From positions 1 to 19,574 of the forward strand of contig CAZBZN010000012.1 of NCBI GenBank assembly GCA_964496415.1: DNA of 19,574 nt. The letters run 5' to 3'. Position 1 is the stretch's first letter; the number at the start of each line of letters is the position of its first letter. The notes under the pieces were generated by a model, which saw only the letters and a program-made list of their open reading frames with translations, made no database searches and was not told the DNA's origin. The translations under genes and the position numbers were made by a program. Positions 1 to 7,478 of this stretch are shown piece by piece. This stretch comes from Candidatus Micrarchaeota archaeon. GTDB taxonomy: Archaea; B1Sed10-29; JAJRYS01.

Positions 1-309
1 TTCTACTTCTACTGTTGGTGTTCCGTCAGTTGTGCATGTTAAGTCTTCGCTTGAGATTTCTGTTTGTTCGTAGTTGAGTGATGCTAAGACTGTTGCTATT
101 TTTGCTGCTGCTATTCCGTCAGTGATTTCTGCTCCGTTTGTTCCTACTACGATGCTTACGTCATTTGGGTTTGCTTTTATGTTTGCTATTAAGGCATCTA
201 CTGTTGCTTGGTCTGGTCCTATTGTTGCCAGTGCTGGTGCTAATACGCTTCCTATCATTGCTGCACCAGCAGCTATGGCAGCTGTTCTTTTTATGTTGAT
301 ACTTCTCAT
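1..309 (-). CDS. S-layer protein, N-terminal part (Methanococcales/Thermococcales-type); runs off the left edge
   Basis: Not in the ORF track. Hand translation from ATG at 309: MRSINIKRTAAIAAGAAMIGSVLAPALATIGPDQATVDALIANIKANPNDVSIVVGTNGAEITDGIAAAKIATVLASLNY... The IKRxAAIAAGAAMIG signal and IVVG...D.IAAAKIA motif are typical of this S-layer family. SD GAGGTGA at 318-324. Confidence 0.85.
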   Translation of the reverse strand, partial: MRSINIKRTAAIAAGAAMIGSVLAPALATIGPDQATVDALIANIKANPNDVSIVVGTNGAEITDGIAAAKIATVLASLNYEQTEISSEDLTCTTDGTPTVEVE

Positions 310-317
310 CTTTCATT

Positions 318-324
318 TCACCTC
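318..324 (-). promoter_or_regulatory. Shine-Dalgarno site (GAGGTGA) of the S-layer gene
   Basis: tcacctc on the + strand, 8 nt upstream of the ATG at 309. Confidence 0.85.
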
Positions 325-361
325 TTTTTTGTTACAAATCATGGTTTTTGATAAAGGTAGA

Positions 362-387
362 TAAGAACAGCTCATCCGCTGTTCTTA
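362..387 (-). repeat. Perfect 10-bp inverted repeat with 6-nt loop in the S-layer leader
   Basis: taagaacagc (362-371), tcatcc, gctgttctta (378-387). Confidence 0.85.
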
Positions 388-407
388 GGAGAATGATTTA
401 TGTTGCA

Positions 408-420
408 TTTATAAACTTTA
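408..420 (-). promoter_or_regulatory. Probable BRE/TATA promoter of the S-layer gene
   Basis: Minus strand reads TAAAG-TTTATAAA, about 20 nt upstream of the hairpin. Confidence 0.6.
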
Positions 421-460
421 CGTGATTCCCTCTAACAATTGCCTTAAAATATTTCGTCAA

Positions 461-1069
461 TCACCGTTTTTGCTGTTTTTTCAAGTTTTCAAGGTATTCC
501 TTAAACCTCGTGTCAAGGATTAAAGTAATATAATAGTGAACAGCAGAGACAATCAAATTAAGCAAGTCCTGTGCTTGAGAAGCATTAAGCTTAAACTCGC
601 TTGGTTCTAATAATTCTACTGAGGAAGGACCATAATTAACAATAAAATTAACCACGTCCCTGAACTCTGAAAAGTAAGCTTCTAAGTCAAAGAAAGTAGA
701 ATAAACATCACCATTCTTGATTATCTCTCCTTTTTCAAAAAAAGTAATCTTCATCTTTTCAAGCTTAATCCTTGACTCCAGCAACTCAACCTGTTTTTTA
801 AGTGATTGCTCGTCAGGACTTGCAGCCTCAATAATAAACTTTGCCTTAAAGTTCTCTTCAACTTCAGTGAACTTATCCTTAACATACTTTATCAAAGAAT
901 ACTTGCCTTCAGAATCCCTCTCAATCAACCTTAACTTTATAAGACCCTTTAAAGCCTCATTGATTTCACTAGCTGAAAAACTAAGCCTTTCTCTTAATTC
1001 TTCTACAGTCATTGGTTTTTCAAGTAAAAGCTTTGCTATTTGCTTCTGAGCTTCAGTATACTCAACCAC
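461..1069 (-). CDS. Winged-HTH domain fused to a conserved uncharacterised archaeal domain (YGPSSVELLEP motif)
   Basis: The N-terminus QKQIAKLLLEKPMTVEELRERLSFSASEINEALKGLIKLRLIE is an ArsR/TrmB-like wHTH. The C-terminal YSTFFDLE...NYGPSSVELLEP resembles hypothetical proteins I recall from DPANN/Thermococcales. Start moved to GTG 1069 (GTGA SD-like upstream), because the 1189 start overlaps the divergent gene. Confidence 0.7.
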   Translation of the reverse strand: MVEYTEAQKQIAKLLLEKPMTVEELRERLSFSASEINEALKGLIKLRLIERDSEGKYSLIKYVKDKFTEVEENFKAKFIIEAASPDEQSLKKQVELLESRIKLEKMKITFFEKGEIIKNGDVYSTFFDLEAYFSEFRDVVNFIVNYGPSSVELLEPSEFKLNASQAQDLLNLIVSAVHYYITLILDTRFKEYLENLKKQQKR

Positions 1070-1162
1070 GGTAATCACATAAAAAGCATTAAAAAGCAGT
1101 AATTTACTAATACTAATGGTATTTAAAGCTTTGCTGATAGAAAAGTTTAAAAAGGGAGTAAA

Positions 1163-1456
1163 ATGAACCTGACTGCAATAGGAAACCAAACCATTACTGG
1201 AACAATAAGCGCCCTTGCAGGAAGATGGGAACTAATAGTATACGCTGCAATCCTAATAATAGCTGCATTTGTAGTCATTTACGTACTAAGAAACATAATA
1301 GCAAACGCAATAATCGGAATAATAGCCCTCTTAGCAATAAAATTCCTGCTTGGAGTAAACATTCCAATAAACGGTTTAACAATTTTAGTAACAGTCTTAG
1401 GAGGACTTGGCGGAGTAGCTGCATTGCTTGCTGCTGCTTTCTTAGGATGGTTATGA
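1163..1456 (+). CDS. BofA-family (pro-sigmaK processing inhibitor-like) small membrane protein
   Basis: Three hydrophobic segments. N.IIG...L...NIPIN..TI....LGG..G pattern of BofA. GGAG just upstream of the ATG. Confidence 0.7.
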   Translation: MNLTAIGNQTITGTISALAGRWELIVYAAILIIAAFVVIYVLRNIIANAIIGIIALLAIKFLLGVNIPINGLTILVTVLGGLGGVAALLAAAFLGWL

Positions 1457-1465
1457 GGTGATAAA

Positions 1466-1693
1466 ATGGCAAAAGAAGAAGTACTAGTATGGGAAGACAA
1501 AACAGGAAAATACAAACTTGGTTACTCACAATACTTACAGCAAAAAATCCTAAAAATCAACACAATGCTCTTAATAGCAGTAATAATCTTAATAATAATG
1601 ATTGGAATAGGGTTCCTTTACGCGCATGCATTAATTCAAAGAGTAGACCAGCTTGACTTAGTTTCAAAAATGATTGCATCAATGCACCAGTAA
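1466..1693 (+). CDS. Small single-pass membrane protein, hypothetical
   Basis: SD GAGGTGA at 1455-1461. One TM helix (MLLIAVIILIIMIGIGFLY). Its stop abuts the convergent radical SAM stop. Confidence 0.75.
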   Translation: MAKEEVLVWEDKTGKYKLGYSQYLQQKILKINTMLLIAVIILIIMIGIGFLYAHALIQRVDQLDLVSKMIASMHQ

Positions 1694-2704
1694 CTACCAA
1701 AACCCAGGAATTTTAACTCCACAATTAGGACAACGTGCCTTTCCTTTTTTTACTTCAAGCTTGTTTTCAACAACACTGAAACCATCACGTCTTATCAAAA
1801 GCTCTCCGCAGTTATGGCAATAAGTATTATTATACTCAGTTAACACATTACCAACATACACGTATTTTATCCCTTCATCAACAGCTATTCTTCTTGCTTT
1901 TAATAGAGTTCTAACGTCAGTTGGAGGAACATTCATCATCTTCCAAGCAGGATAAAACCTGGTAAAATGCCATGGAATATCAGGACTAAGGCTTTTTATG
2001 AACCCAGCAGCTTCTCTTATCCAATCCTCGTCATCATTATGCCCTGGAATAAGTAAAGTTATTATTTCTAAGTGCATTCCTGTCTTAAAATAATTCTTAA
2101 TGCACTCAAGTACTTTCTCATAAACTACTCCTCCACAGACCTTATCATAGTGCTCTGCGTCTCCTTTCAAGTCAATGCGTGCAGCATCAAGAAACTCAGC
2201 TGCTTTTTCAACAGCTTGAGGAGAAGCATAACCATTAGTCACAAAAACATTAAAAATGCCCTTTTCTTTAGCGATCAAACCAGTGTCATAACAGTACTCA
2301 AAAAACACTGTAGGCTCAGTATAAGTATAAGCAATAATTGGAACATTATTATCCTCAGCTGCTTTTACTACTAATTCAGGCGGTAGGTCATAATAAGGAA
2401 CTTCATCAACTCTTGCTTGTGAAATCTCATAATTCTGGCAATGAAGGCAATGAAAATTACATCCAGCAGTAGCAATACTAAAAGCATACTCTCCTGGCTT
2501 AAAATGATAGAAAGGCTTTTTCTCAATTGGGTCAACTGCTACTGAACAAGCCTTGCTATGGTTCAAAGAATAAAGCTTTCCATTAATGTTCTTCCTAACC
2601 CCACAATTACCATACTCATCATTTTTAATAACACAATACCTATTGCATAACAAGCACTGTACTACGTCATCATTCAACTTTTTGTAAAACATTGCTTCTT
2701 TCAT
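1694..2704 (-). CDS. amrS: AmmeMemoRadiSam system radical SAM enzyme (PFL-activase-like)
   Basis: MKEAMFY start, CxxC..C...G.CGVR, DPIEKKPFYHF, GCNFHCLHCQN (CxxxCxxC), YTYTEP, VTNGY, PWHFTRFYP, YVYVGNV and C-terminal CxxC pairs. Alternative GTG start at 2713. Confidence 0.92.
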   Translation of the reverse strand: MKEAMFYKKLNDDVVQCLLCNRYCVIKNDEYGNCGVRKNINGKLYSLNHSKACSVAVDPIEKKPFYHFKPGEYAFSIATAGCNFHCLHCQNYEISQARVDEVPYYDLPPELVVKAAEDNNVPIIAYTYTEPTVFFEYCYDTGLIAKEKGIFNVFVTNGYASPQAVEKAAEFLDAARIDLKGDAEHYDKVCGGVVYEKVLECIKNYFKTGMHLEIITLLIPGHNDDEDWIREAAGFIKSLSPDIPWHFTRFYPAWKMMNVPPTDVRTLLKARRIAVDEGIKYVYVGNVLTEYNNTYCHNCGELLIRRDGFSVVENKLEVKKGKARCPNCGVKIPGFW

Positions 2705-2713
2705 AAAAACCAC

Positions 2714-3274
2714 TTAAAGCAGTTGATAATCAAGCTTTTTCTCAGGAAGAATCACCTTAAACTCACAGTACTCTTCACCCATTGCAGAGCACTTTACTTC
2801 AACACAAGCAAGCTCCCTTCCATAAATAGCTGAAAACACCCCTGAAAAAACAGCAGCAGAATAATCACATACAGGCCTACTGCTTTCCCCTATCCTCTCC
2901 TTGTATTCTTCACTCATTGGAGAATTAACAACTCTTAAAGTAGCTGACTTTTCAGGAAGCTGACAGTCAACCAACTCAATAACCCCATGCCCTTCTGCTT
3001 CAAGCAAACCAAGAACGAGTTTTATCACTTCCTCTAAACCAGGATTCTTCTCCCTTAAGTATTTTGATACAGGAGCACTATCCAAGAACTTATAAGTCAT
3101 CCTCTCAGCTTCTTTTGAAACAATTGAATGAAACATTTCCCATGCTCTTTTCCCAAACTCTTCTTCAAGCACTGAAGGGTACTTGTGAAAAACAAGTGGC
3201 GGGGAAAGGATTTTTCTTCCTGAAAGAGTCCAAACAGAACCTCTTTCTCTGTTAAGCTTTACTTCATCAAACAT
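2714..3274 (-). CDS. V4R (4-vinyl reductase) domain protein
   Basis: G.G.IE...V.NSP...PVCDYSAAVFSG...VEVKCSAMGEEYCEF matches the V4R C/E/C/C signature. Confidence 0.85.
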   Translation of the reverse strand: MFDEVKLNRERGSVWTLSGRKILSPPLVFHKYPSVLEEEFGKRAWEMFHSIVSKEAERMTYKFLDSAPVSKYLREKNPGLEEVIKLVLGLLEAEGHGVIELVDCQLPEKSATLRVVNSPMSEEYKERIGESSRPVCDYSAAVFSGVFSAIYGRELACVEVKCSAMGEEYCEFKVILPEKKLDYQLL

Positions 3275-3293
3275 GAATCATAATAAGAAATAC

Positions 3294-4421
3294 TCATTTA
3301 AAATGTTTGCTTAAAGCAAGAATCAAAATTAAAGCACAAATGCTTACCAATGAACTGAAAAAGAAAGGATAAGAAGAATTAACATTCCAAAGAATACCAG
3401 CAATTATACTTGAAGGAATAGCAACCAAACCAACAGTAGTATGATAAACTCCTAAAGCCGTTCCTCTTAATGAACTGCTTGAAAGCTCTGAAATCATCGC
3501 ACGATGATTACCGTCAATTAAAGCATAAGAAAAACCATACAAAGCAAAAAGCAAAACAAAAACAGCAAAAGAATCATTAAAGGCAAAACCAATGCAAGTC
3601 AAAGCAAAAACAAAATAACCAAAAGCCAGCACCTTCCAGCCAAACTTGTCAAAAAAATACCCTGAAGGAATCGACAATCCAGCATAAAAAACATTAGAAA
3701 TTACATAAAGCAATACAGGAGCAAACAAGCCAAGAGTCCTTGCTTTTAACATGAAAAACATGTAACTAAAGTTAGCCAAATAAAACAAGACCACGACAAG
3801 AAGGAAAACCTTTAGATTAAAAGAAAGAGACTTAATTGAAATAATAAAAGACTTTGAAGACTTTTTAAGATTACCTTCCTTGACAGCAAGCACAGGAAAC
3901 AATGACAAAAAAGACACGACAGCTCCAACCAAAACAATACCCATGAGATTAACACCAGAAAATAGTAAAGCAAAAGCAATTATTGAACCAATCACAGCAC
4001 CAGAAGTGTCAAGAGCCCTATGAACTCCAAAACCTTTTCCTTTCTCTTTCGGCATCAGGCTAGAGATCATCGCGTCCCTTGGAGCATCACGCACTCCTTT
4101 ACCCACTCTGTCAAAAGAAACAAAAACAAGAATATGCTGCCAGGTCTTTGAAAAAAACAATCCTAACTTTGAAAAAGCTGAAACAAAATAACCTGAAAAC
4201 ACAAAAGGCTTTTTCTTACCAAACTTATCAGAAAAATAACCTGAAAAAACTTTAAGTAAGCTTGAAAGTCCTTCCCTGAACCCTCCTATTATTCCTAACT
4301 CAACTCCCGAGCCTCCAAACATTGTAATGAGAAAAGGAAGCACTGGAGCAATAATCTCACTTCCAATGTCATTAAAAAGACTTGCAAGCCCAAGCAATAT
4401 TACTCCTTTTTTTACTCTCAT
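3294..4421 (-). CDS. Major facilitator superfamily transporter
   Basis: About 12 hydrophobic segments; GYFSDKFGKK and GYFFDKFG (motif A); DRVGKGVRDAPRDAMI. Start set to ATG 4421. Confidence 0.9.
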   Translation of the reverse strand: MRVKKGVILLGLASLFNDIGSEIIAPVLPFLITMFGGSGVELGIIGGFREGLSSLLKVFSGYFSDKFGKKKPFVFSGYFVSAFSKLGLFFSKTWQHILVFVSFDRVGKGVRDAPRDAMISSLMPKEKGKGFGVHRALDTSGAVIGSIIAFALLFSGVNLMGIVLVGAVVSFLSLFPVLAVKEGNLKKSSKSFIISIKSLSFNLKVFLLVVVLFYLANFSYMFFMLKARTLGLFAPVLLYVISNVFYAGLSIPSGYFFDKFGWKVLAFGYFVFALTCIGFAFNDSFAVFVLLFALYGFSYALIDGNHRAMISELSSSSLRGTALGVYHTTVGLVAIPSSIIAGILWNVNSSYPFFFSSLVSICALILILALSKHFK

Positions 4422-4560
4422 AAAACAAAAGACACCAAGCTCATTTTTAATCATTAAGGTTTATAACCCTAAAACCAAATAATATAAAAAAGAAATGATA
4501 CTAACTTCGCGTAACATTTCAATGGCCGCGTTGGTGTAATGGTAGCACAGGGGACTGTGG

Positions 4561-4601
4561 AATCCAAACCATGATGTTGGCATCCAGCAACCAATGCAGA
4601 A
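4561..4601 (+). other. tRNA intron 1 (41 nt), canonical position 37/38
   Basis: Bulge-helix-bulge: CTGT(4555-4558) pairs with GCAG(4596-4599); bulges GG|A and AA|A. Confidence 0.88.
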
Positions 4602-4622
4602 ATCCCCTAGTCGGGGTTCGAA

Positions 4623-4661
4623 TCCACAAGAGCAAGCATAAGTTGCTTTTGTGGGAGAAAA
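4623..4661 (+). other. tRNA intron 2 (39 nt), non-canonical T-loop position 59/60
   Basis: Long hairpin CCACAAGAGCAA/TTGCTTTTGTGG. Relaxed BHB with TTCG/AGAA helix (one G-A mismatch) and AA|T bulges. The junction can slide by 1-2 nt. Confidence 0.82.
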
Positions 4662-4699
4662 TCCCCGGCGCGGCCCCATTAATGCTTGAGGAATGCTTT

Positions 4700-5944
4700 A
4701 TGAAAAAAGAATGGAAGCCACCAAGAGGAACAAGAGACCTTCTTCCAGAAGAAATGGCGTTAAGGAACAAAATCTATTCAAGAATGAGAAGAATCTTTGA
4801 ATTATACGGTTATGGTGAAGTGTGCACTCCTGCTTTTGAAGACTTTGAACTTCTAGCTGCTAAAAGCGGTCCTGAAATAGAAGAAGAAATATATGTTTTT
4901 GAAGACAAAAGCGGCAGGAAGCTTGGACTGAGGTTTGACCCCACAGTGCCAATAGCAAGAATAGTAGCTACTGATCCTTCCCTTCCAAAACCAGTCAAGT
5001 TTTATTACATTACACGCATGTGGAGATACGACCGCCCACAAGCAGGACGTTACCGTGAGTTCTGGCAAGCAGGCCTTGAATTGATTGGAAGTAAAAGCCC
5101 TCTTGCTGATGCTGAAATCTTAGCAGTTGCTAATGACTTAATCAGAAGCGTGACTGACAAAGAGTTCACTTTTAAAATAAGCTCTAGGAAAATCGTGGAA
5201 GAAATAGCAGCAAAAGCAGGCGTGCCTGAAGATAAGAAAATACAAGCATTCAGAGCATTAGACAAGCTTCCAAAGATAGGAGAAGAAGAAGTTAAGAAAG
5301 AAATGGAAAGAATAGGACTAAATGACAAAGTAATAGATTCATTCCTCAGCATGCTTAACTCAAAACAAGCAGACCTCTCAGAACTTTACGGAATAATTGA
5401 AGCTGCTGAAAAAATGGGAGTCACGAACATTGAGATAGACCTGTCAATAATAAGGGGAATAGATTACTATACTGGGTTCGTGTTCGAGACTTTAATCAAA
5501 GGAAAAGAAAACCTTGGAAGCGTCTGCTCAGGTGGAAGATATGACTCGCTGATAAAAATATACGGCGGGCAAGACCTTCCAGCAGTAGGATTCGGGTTAG
5601 GCATTGACAGACTGCTTGACGCAGTAGAGTTAAAGCAAGTTTATTACCCATGCATGGTTTATATTGCTCCAGCAAATGACGATGCAAGAGACAAAGCAGT
5701 GGAATTCACTAAGCTCTTAAGACAAAACGGAGTAAGCGCTGAAACAGACTTAATGAACAGAAGCCTAAGGAAACAATTGGAATACGCTGCAAGCAAGAAA
5801 ATACCGTTCGTGGTAATAGTAGGATTGAAAGACCTTGAAAACAACCAAGTCACTGTGCGTGACATGGCTACTGGAAAAGAAGAAAAAATAATCACAGAAG
5901 ACCTCGTAGGTTACTTCAGAACCATTGACAAAGAACTAGAATGA
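4700..5944 (+). CDS. hisS: Histidine--tRNA ligase
   Basis: PRGTRD, LRFDPT, RYDRPQAGRYREFWQ, RGIDYYTG, GGRYD and a C-terminal anticodon-binding domain. The true start is ATG 4700; the track's 4571 start lies inside the tRNA. Confidence 0.97.
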   Translation: MKKEWKPPRGTRDLLPEEMALRNKIYSRMRRIFELYGYGEVCTPAFEDFELLAAKSGPEIEEEIYVFEDKSGRKLGLRFDPTVPIARIVATDPSLPKPVKFYYITRMWRYDRPQAGRYREFWQAGLELIGSKSPLADAEILAVANDLIRSVTDKEFTFKISSRKIVEEIAAKAGVPEDKKIQAFRALDKLPKIGEEEVKKEMERIGLNDKVIDSFLSMLNSKQADLSELYGIIEAAEKMGVTNIEIDLSIIRGIDYYTGFVFETLIKGKENLGSVCSGGRYDSLIKIYGGQDLPAVGFGLGIDRLLDAVELKQVYYPCMVYIAPANDDARDKAVEFTKLLRQNGVSAETDLMNRSLRKQLEYAASKKIPFVVIVGLKDLENNQVTVRDMATGKEEKIITEDLVGYFRTIDKELE

Positions 5945-5965
5945 GAAAAGGTTTCTTATTTTTTA

Positions 5966-7429
5966 CTACCATGATGCGTTCACAAAAGCCCAAGTAGAAT
6001 TAATTTCTGACGAGTTATCGCAAACAATCAAAGTAACGTTGTAAAAACCTGGGCTTGAATAATTATGGTATACAGTCCATGAAGTAGTGTTATATGTAAG
6101 CCCGTCTCCGAAGTTCCAGTAATGCCATAAAATAGTTCCGTCAGGGTCATAACTTGTGTCATTGAAAACAAACAAAGAAAGATATTGCTGATGGTAAGTA
6201 AACCTAGCAACAGGTGGGACATTAGCATATGAAGATTCATTCGAAGAAACATTACCAGATTCATTAGCACCCACACTTGAAGAAGTATTAGATGTCTCAT
6301 TTAAAGAAAAATTGCCTGATTCATTTGATTCATTAAACTCAAACTGGCACTCGCCGCTAACGTTGCATACATAGCCAGCATCACATCCGCATATCGAGCA
6401 CTTCGGGACCAATGTCCCATTATCACAATACAAAGGTTTAGTCTCTGAACACTGCCCATAAGGCGTGCCATCAGAACAATATAAAATAACAGAGTTGTTT
6501 TCATAAGTAGCATTTGATGATTCTTCTTCTGACAAATTGGAATTGTAAATAACTGAATCATTAAAAGTAGAAGAGTTAAGTGACGAGTTAACAACAACCG
6601 AACTTATCAAAGTGGATGAGTTGGTCACAGAATTATTTACGTTAGAAGAATTAGTTATCGTTGAATTTTCAACAACTGAGGAATGTACTGTTGAGTCTAA
6701 TGAAATAACTGAAGAAACAACTGAAGAATTATAAACAGTTGAATTATCATGAACAGTTGAATTCACTACTTCAGAGTCATAAATAGAAGAATTAACAGTA
6801 ACAGCATTATCAACTGAAGAATTATAAACAGTTGAACTATTACTTACAAAAGAATTTGAAACATTAGAGTAATAAATTGAAGAGTTAGTAACATTAGCAT
6901 CATCAAGAGATGAGTTCTCCACTGTTGATGGGTCAACATAAGCATCAACCAAATAAGCTCCTTCAAGAGTAGAATAAAGTACAGTAGAGGATTCAATATG
7001 TGAGTTAGTAATCTGAGAACCTTCGATATAAGAACAAGACATCACCACAGTTGATCCTGAACCATAATACGTATCTGCAGACTCATACAACTCAACATAT
7101 TCTCCATCGATATAAGAATTAATTATTTTATTCTCACATTCTGATAGAGTACTTGATATTTCATCAACAGCCCCTTGTTTGCATTTAGTAACAAAAATAG
7201 AGCCCAACCCCGAGCATTCTTGTTCACAATAATCACAAGGCGCTCCGGGAGAAGTTGCTTTTTCAACAGAACACCTTGCAGCAGCTGCTTTACATGCAGA
7301 AACATCTGCTCCTTTTTTACTTACTCCAAAACTTCCAGACACAAAAAGAACTACAATAGCTGCAATAGCTAGTACTGCTGCTATTACTATTAAGTACTCT
7401 AAAGCACCTTGGAAACGCGTGCTCTCCAT
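5966..7429 (-). CDS. Class III signal peptide (pilin-like) surface protein with Ser/Asn-rich repeats, Cys-rich modules and C-terminal PKD domain
   Basis: N-terminal R-F-QGALEYL plus hydrophobic helix. Repeated V.NS/I.NS pentapeptides. CSDGT.YGQCS..KP.YC motif. PPVARF...D.SYDPDG.I....WNFGDG...H.Y..PG.Y.VTL PKD domain at about 5969-6223. Confidence 0.82.
   Translation of the reverse strand: MESTRFQGALEYLIVIAAVLAIAAIVVLFVSGSFGVSKKGADVSACKAAAARCSVEKATSPGAPCDYCEQECSGLGSIFVTKCKQGAVDEISSTLSECENKIINSYIDGEYVELYESADTYYGSGSTVVMSCSYIEGSQITNSHIESSTVLYSTLEGAYLVDAYVDPSTVENSSLDDANVTNSSIYYSNVSNSFVSNSSTVYNSSVDNAVTVNSSIYDSEVVNSTVHDNSTVYNSSVVSSVISLDSTVHSSVVENSTITNSSNVNNSVTNSSTLISSVVVNSSLNSSTFNDSVIYNSNLSEEESSNATYENNSVILYCSDGTPYGQCSETKPLYCDNGTLVPKCSICGCDAGYVCNVSGECQFEFNESNESGNFSLNETSNTSSSVGANESGNVSSNESSYANVPPVARFTYHQQYLSLFVFNDTSYDPDGTILWHYWNFGDGLTYNTTSWTVYHNYSSPGFYNVTLIVCDNSSEINSTWAFVNASW
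6718..6836. repeat. 26-bp exact direct repeat within the surface protein gene
   Basis: caactgaagaattataaacagttgaa at 6718-6743 and 6811-6836, 93 nt (31 codons) apart; both encode STVYNSSV. Confidence 0.85.
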
Positions 7430-7478
7430 ACAGCTATATTAACCAGCCAACAATTTAAAAAAGTATCTTTTTACAACA

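Larger units (their letters stand above)
4524..4678 (+). tRNA. tRNA-His(GUG) with two introns, encoded G-1 and CCA
   Basis: Exons 4524-4560, 4602-4622 and 4662-4678 fold into a full cloverleaf: acceptor GCCGCGT/GCGCGGC, D stem GTGT/GCAC, anticodon stem GGGGA/TCCCC with GTG at 4557-4559, T stem CGGGG/CCCCG with TTCGAAT loop, G-1:C73 pair, CCA at 4676-4678. Confidence 0.93.

Noticed and set aside
74..364. 96-aa + strand ORF
   Set aside because: Antisense shadow of the S-layer gene, which has the SD and family motifs.
4571..4600. Box C-like ATGATG and box D-like CAGA in tRNA intron 1, suggesting a C/D guide RNA
   Set aside because: Both boxes are imperfect, the intron is only 41 nt, and CAG is explained by BHB pairing.
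4524..4678. tRNA as an integration site for a mobile element
   Set aside because: I saw no duplicated tRNA end or integrase in the window, and the flanking genes are housekeeping.
4461..4770. Minus-strand ORFs 4461-4679 and 4519-4770, and the hisS extension from 4571
   Set aside because: They overlap the tRNA-His; HisRS similarity starts at 4700.
6490..7020. Repetitive DNA as a possible CRISPR array or VNTR
   Set aside because: Repeats are degenerate, in frame and explained by the protein repeat; there is no repeat-spacer periodicity and no cas genes.
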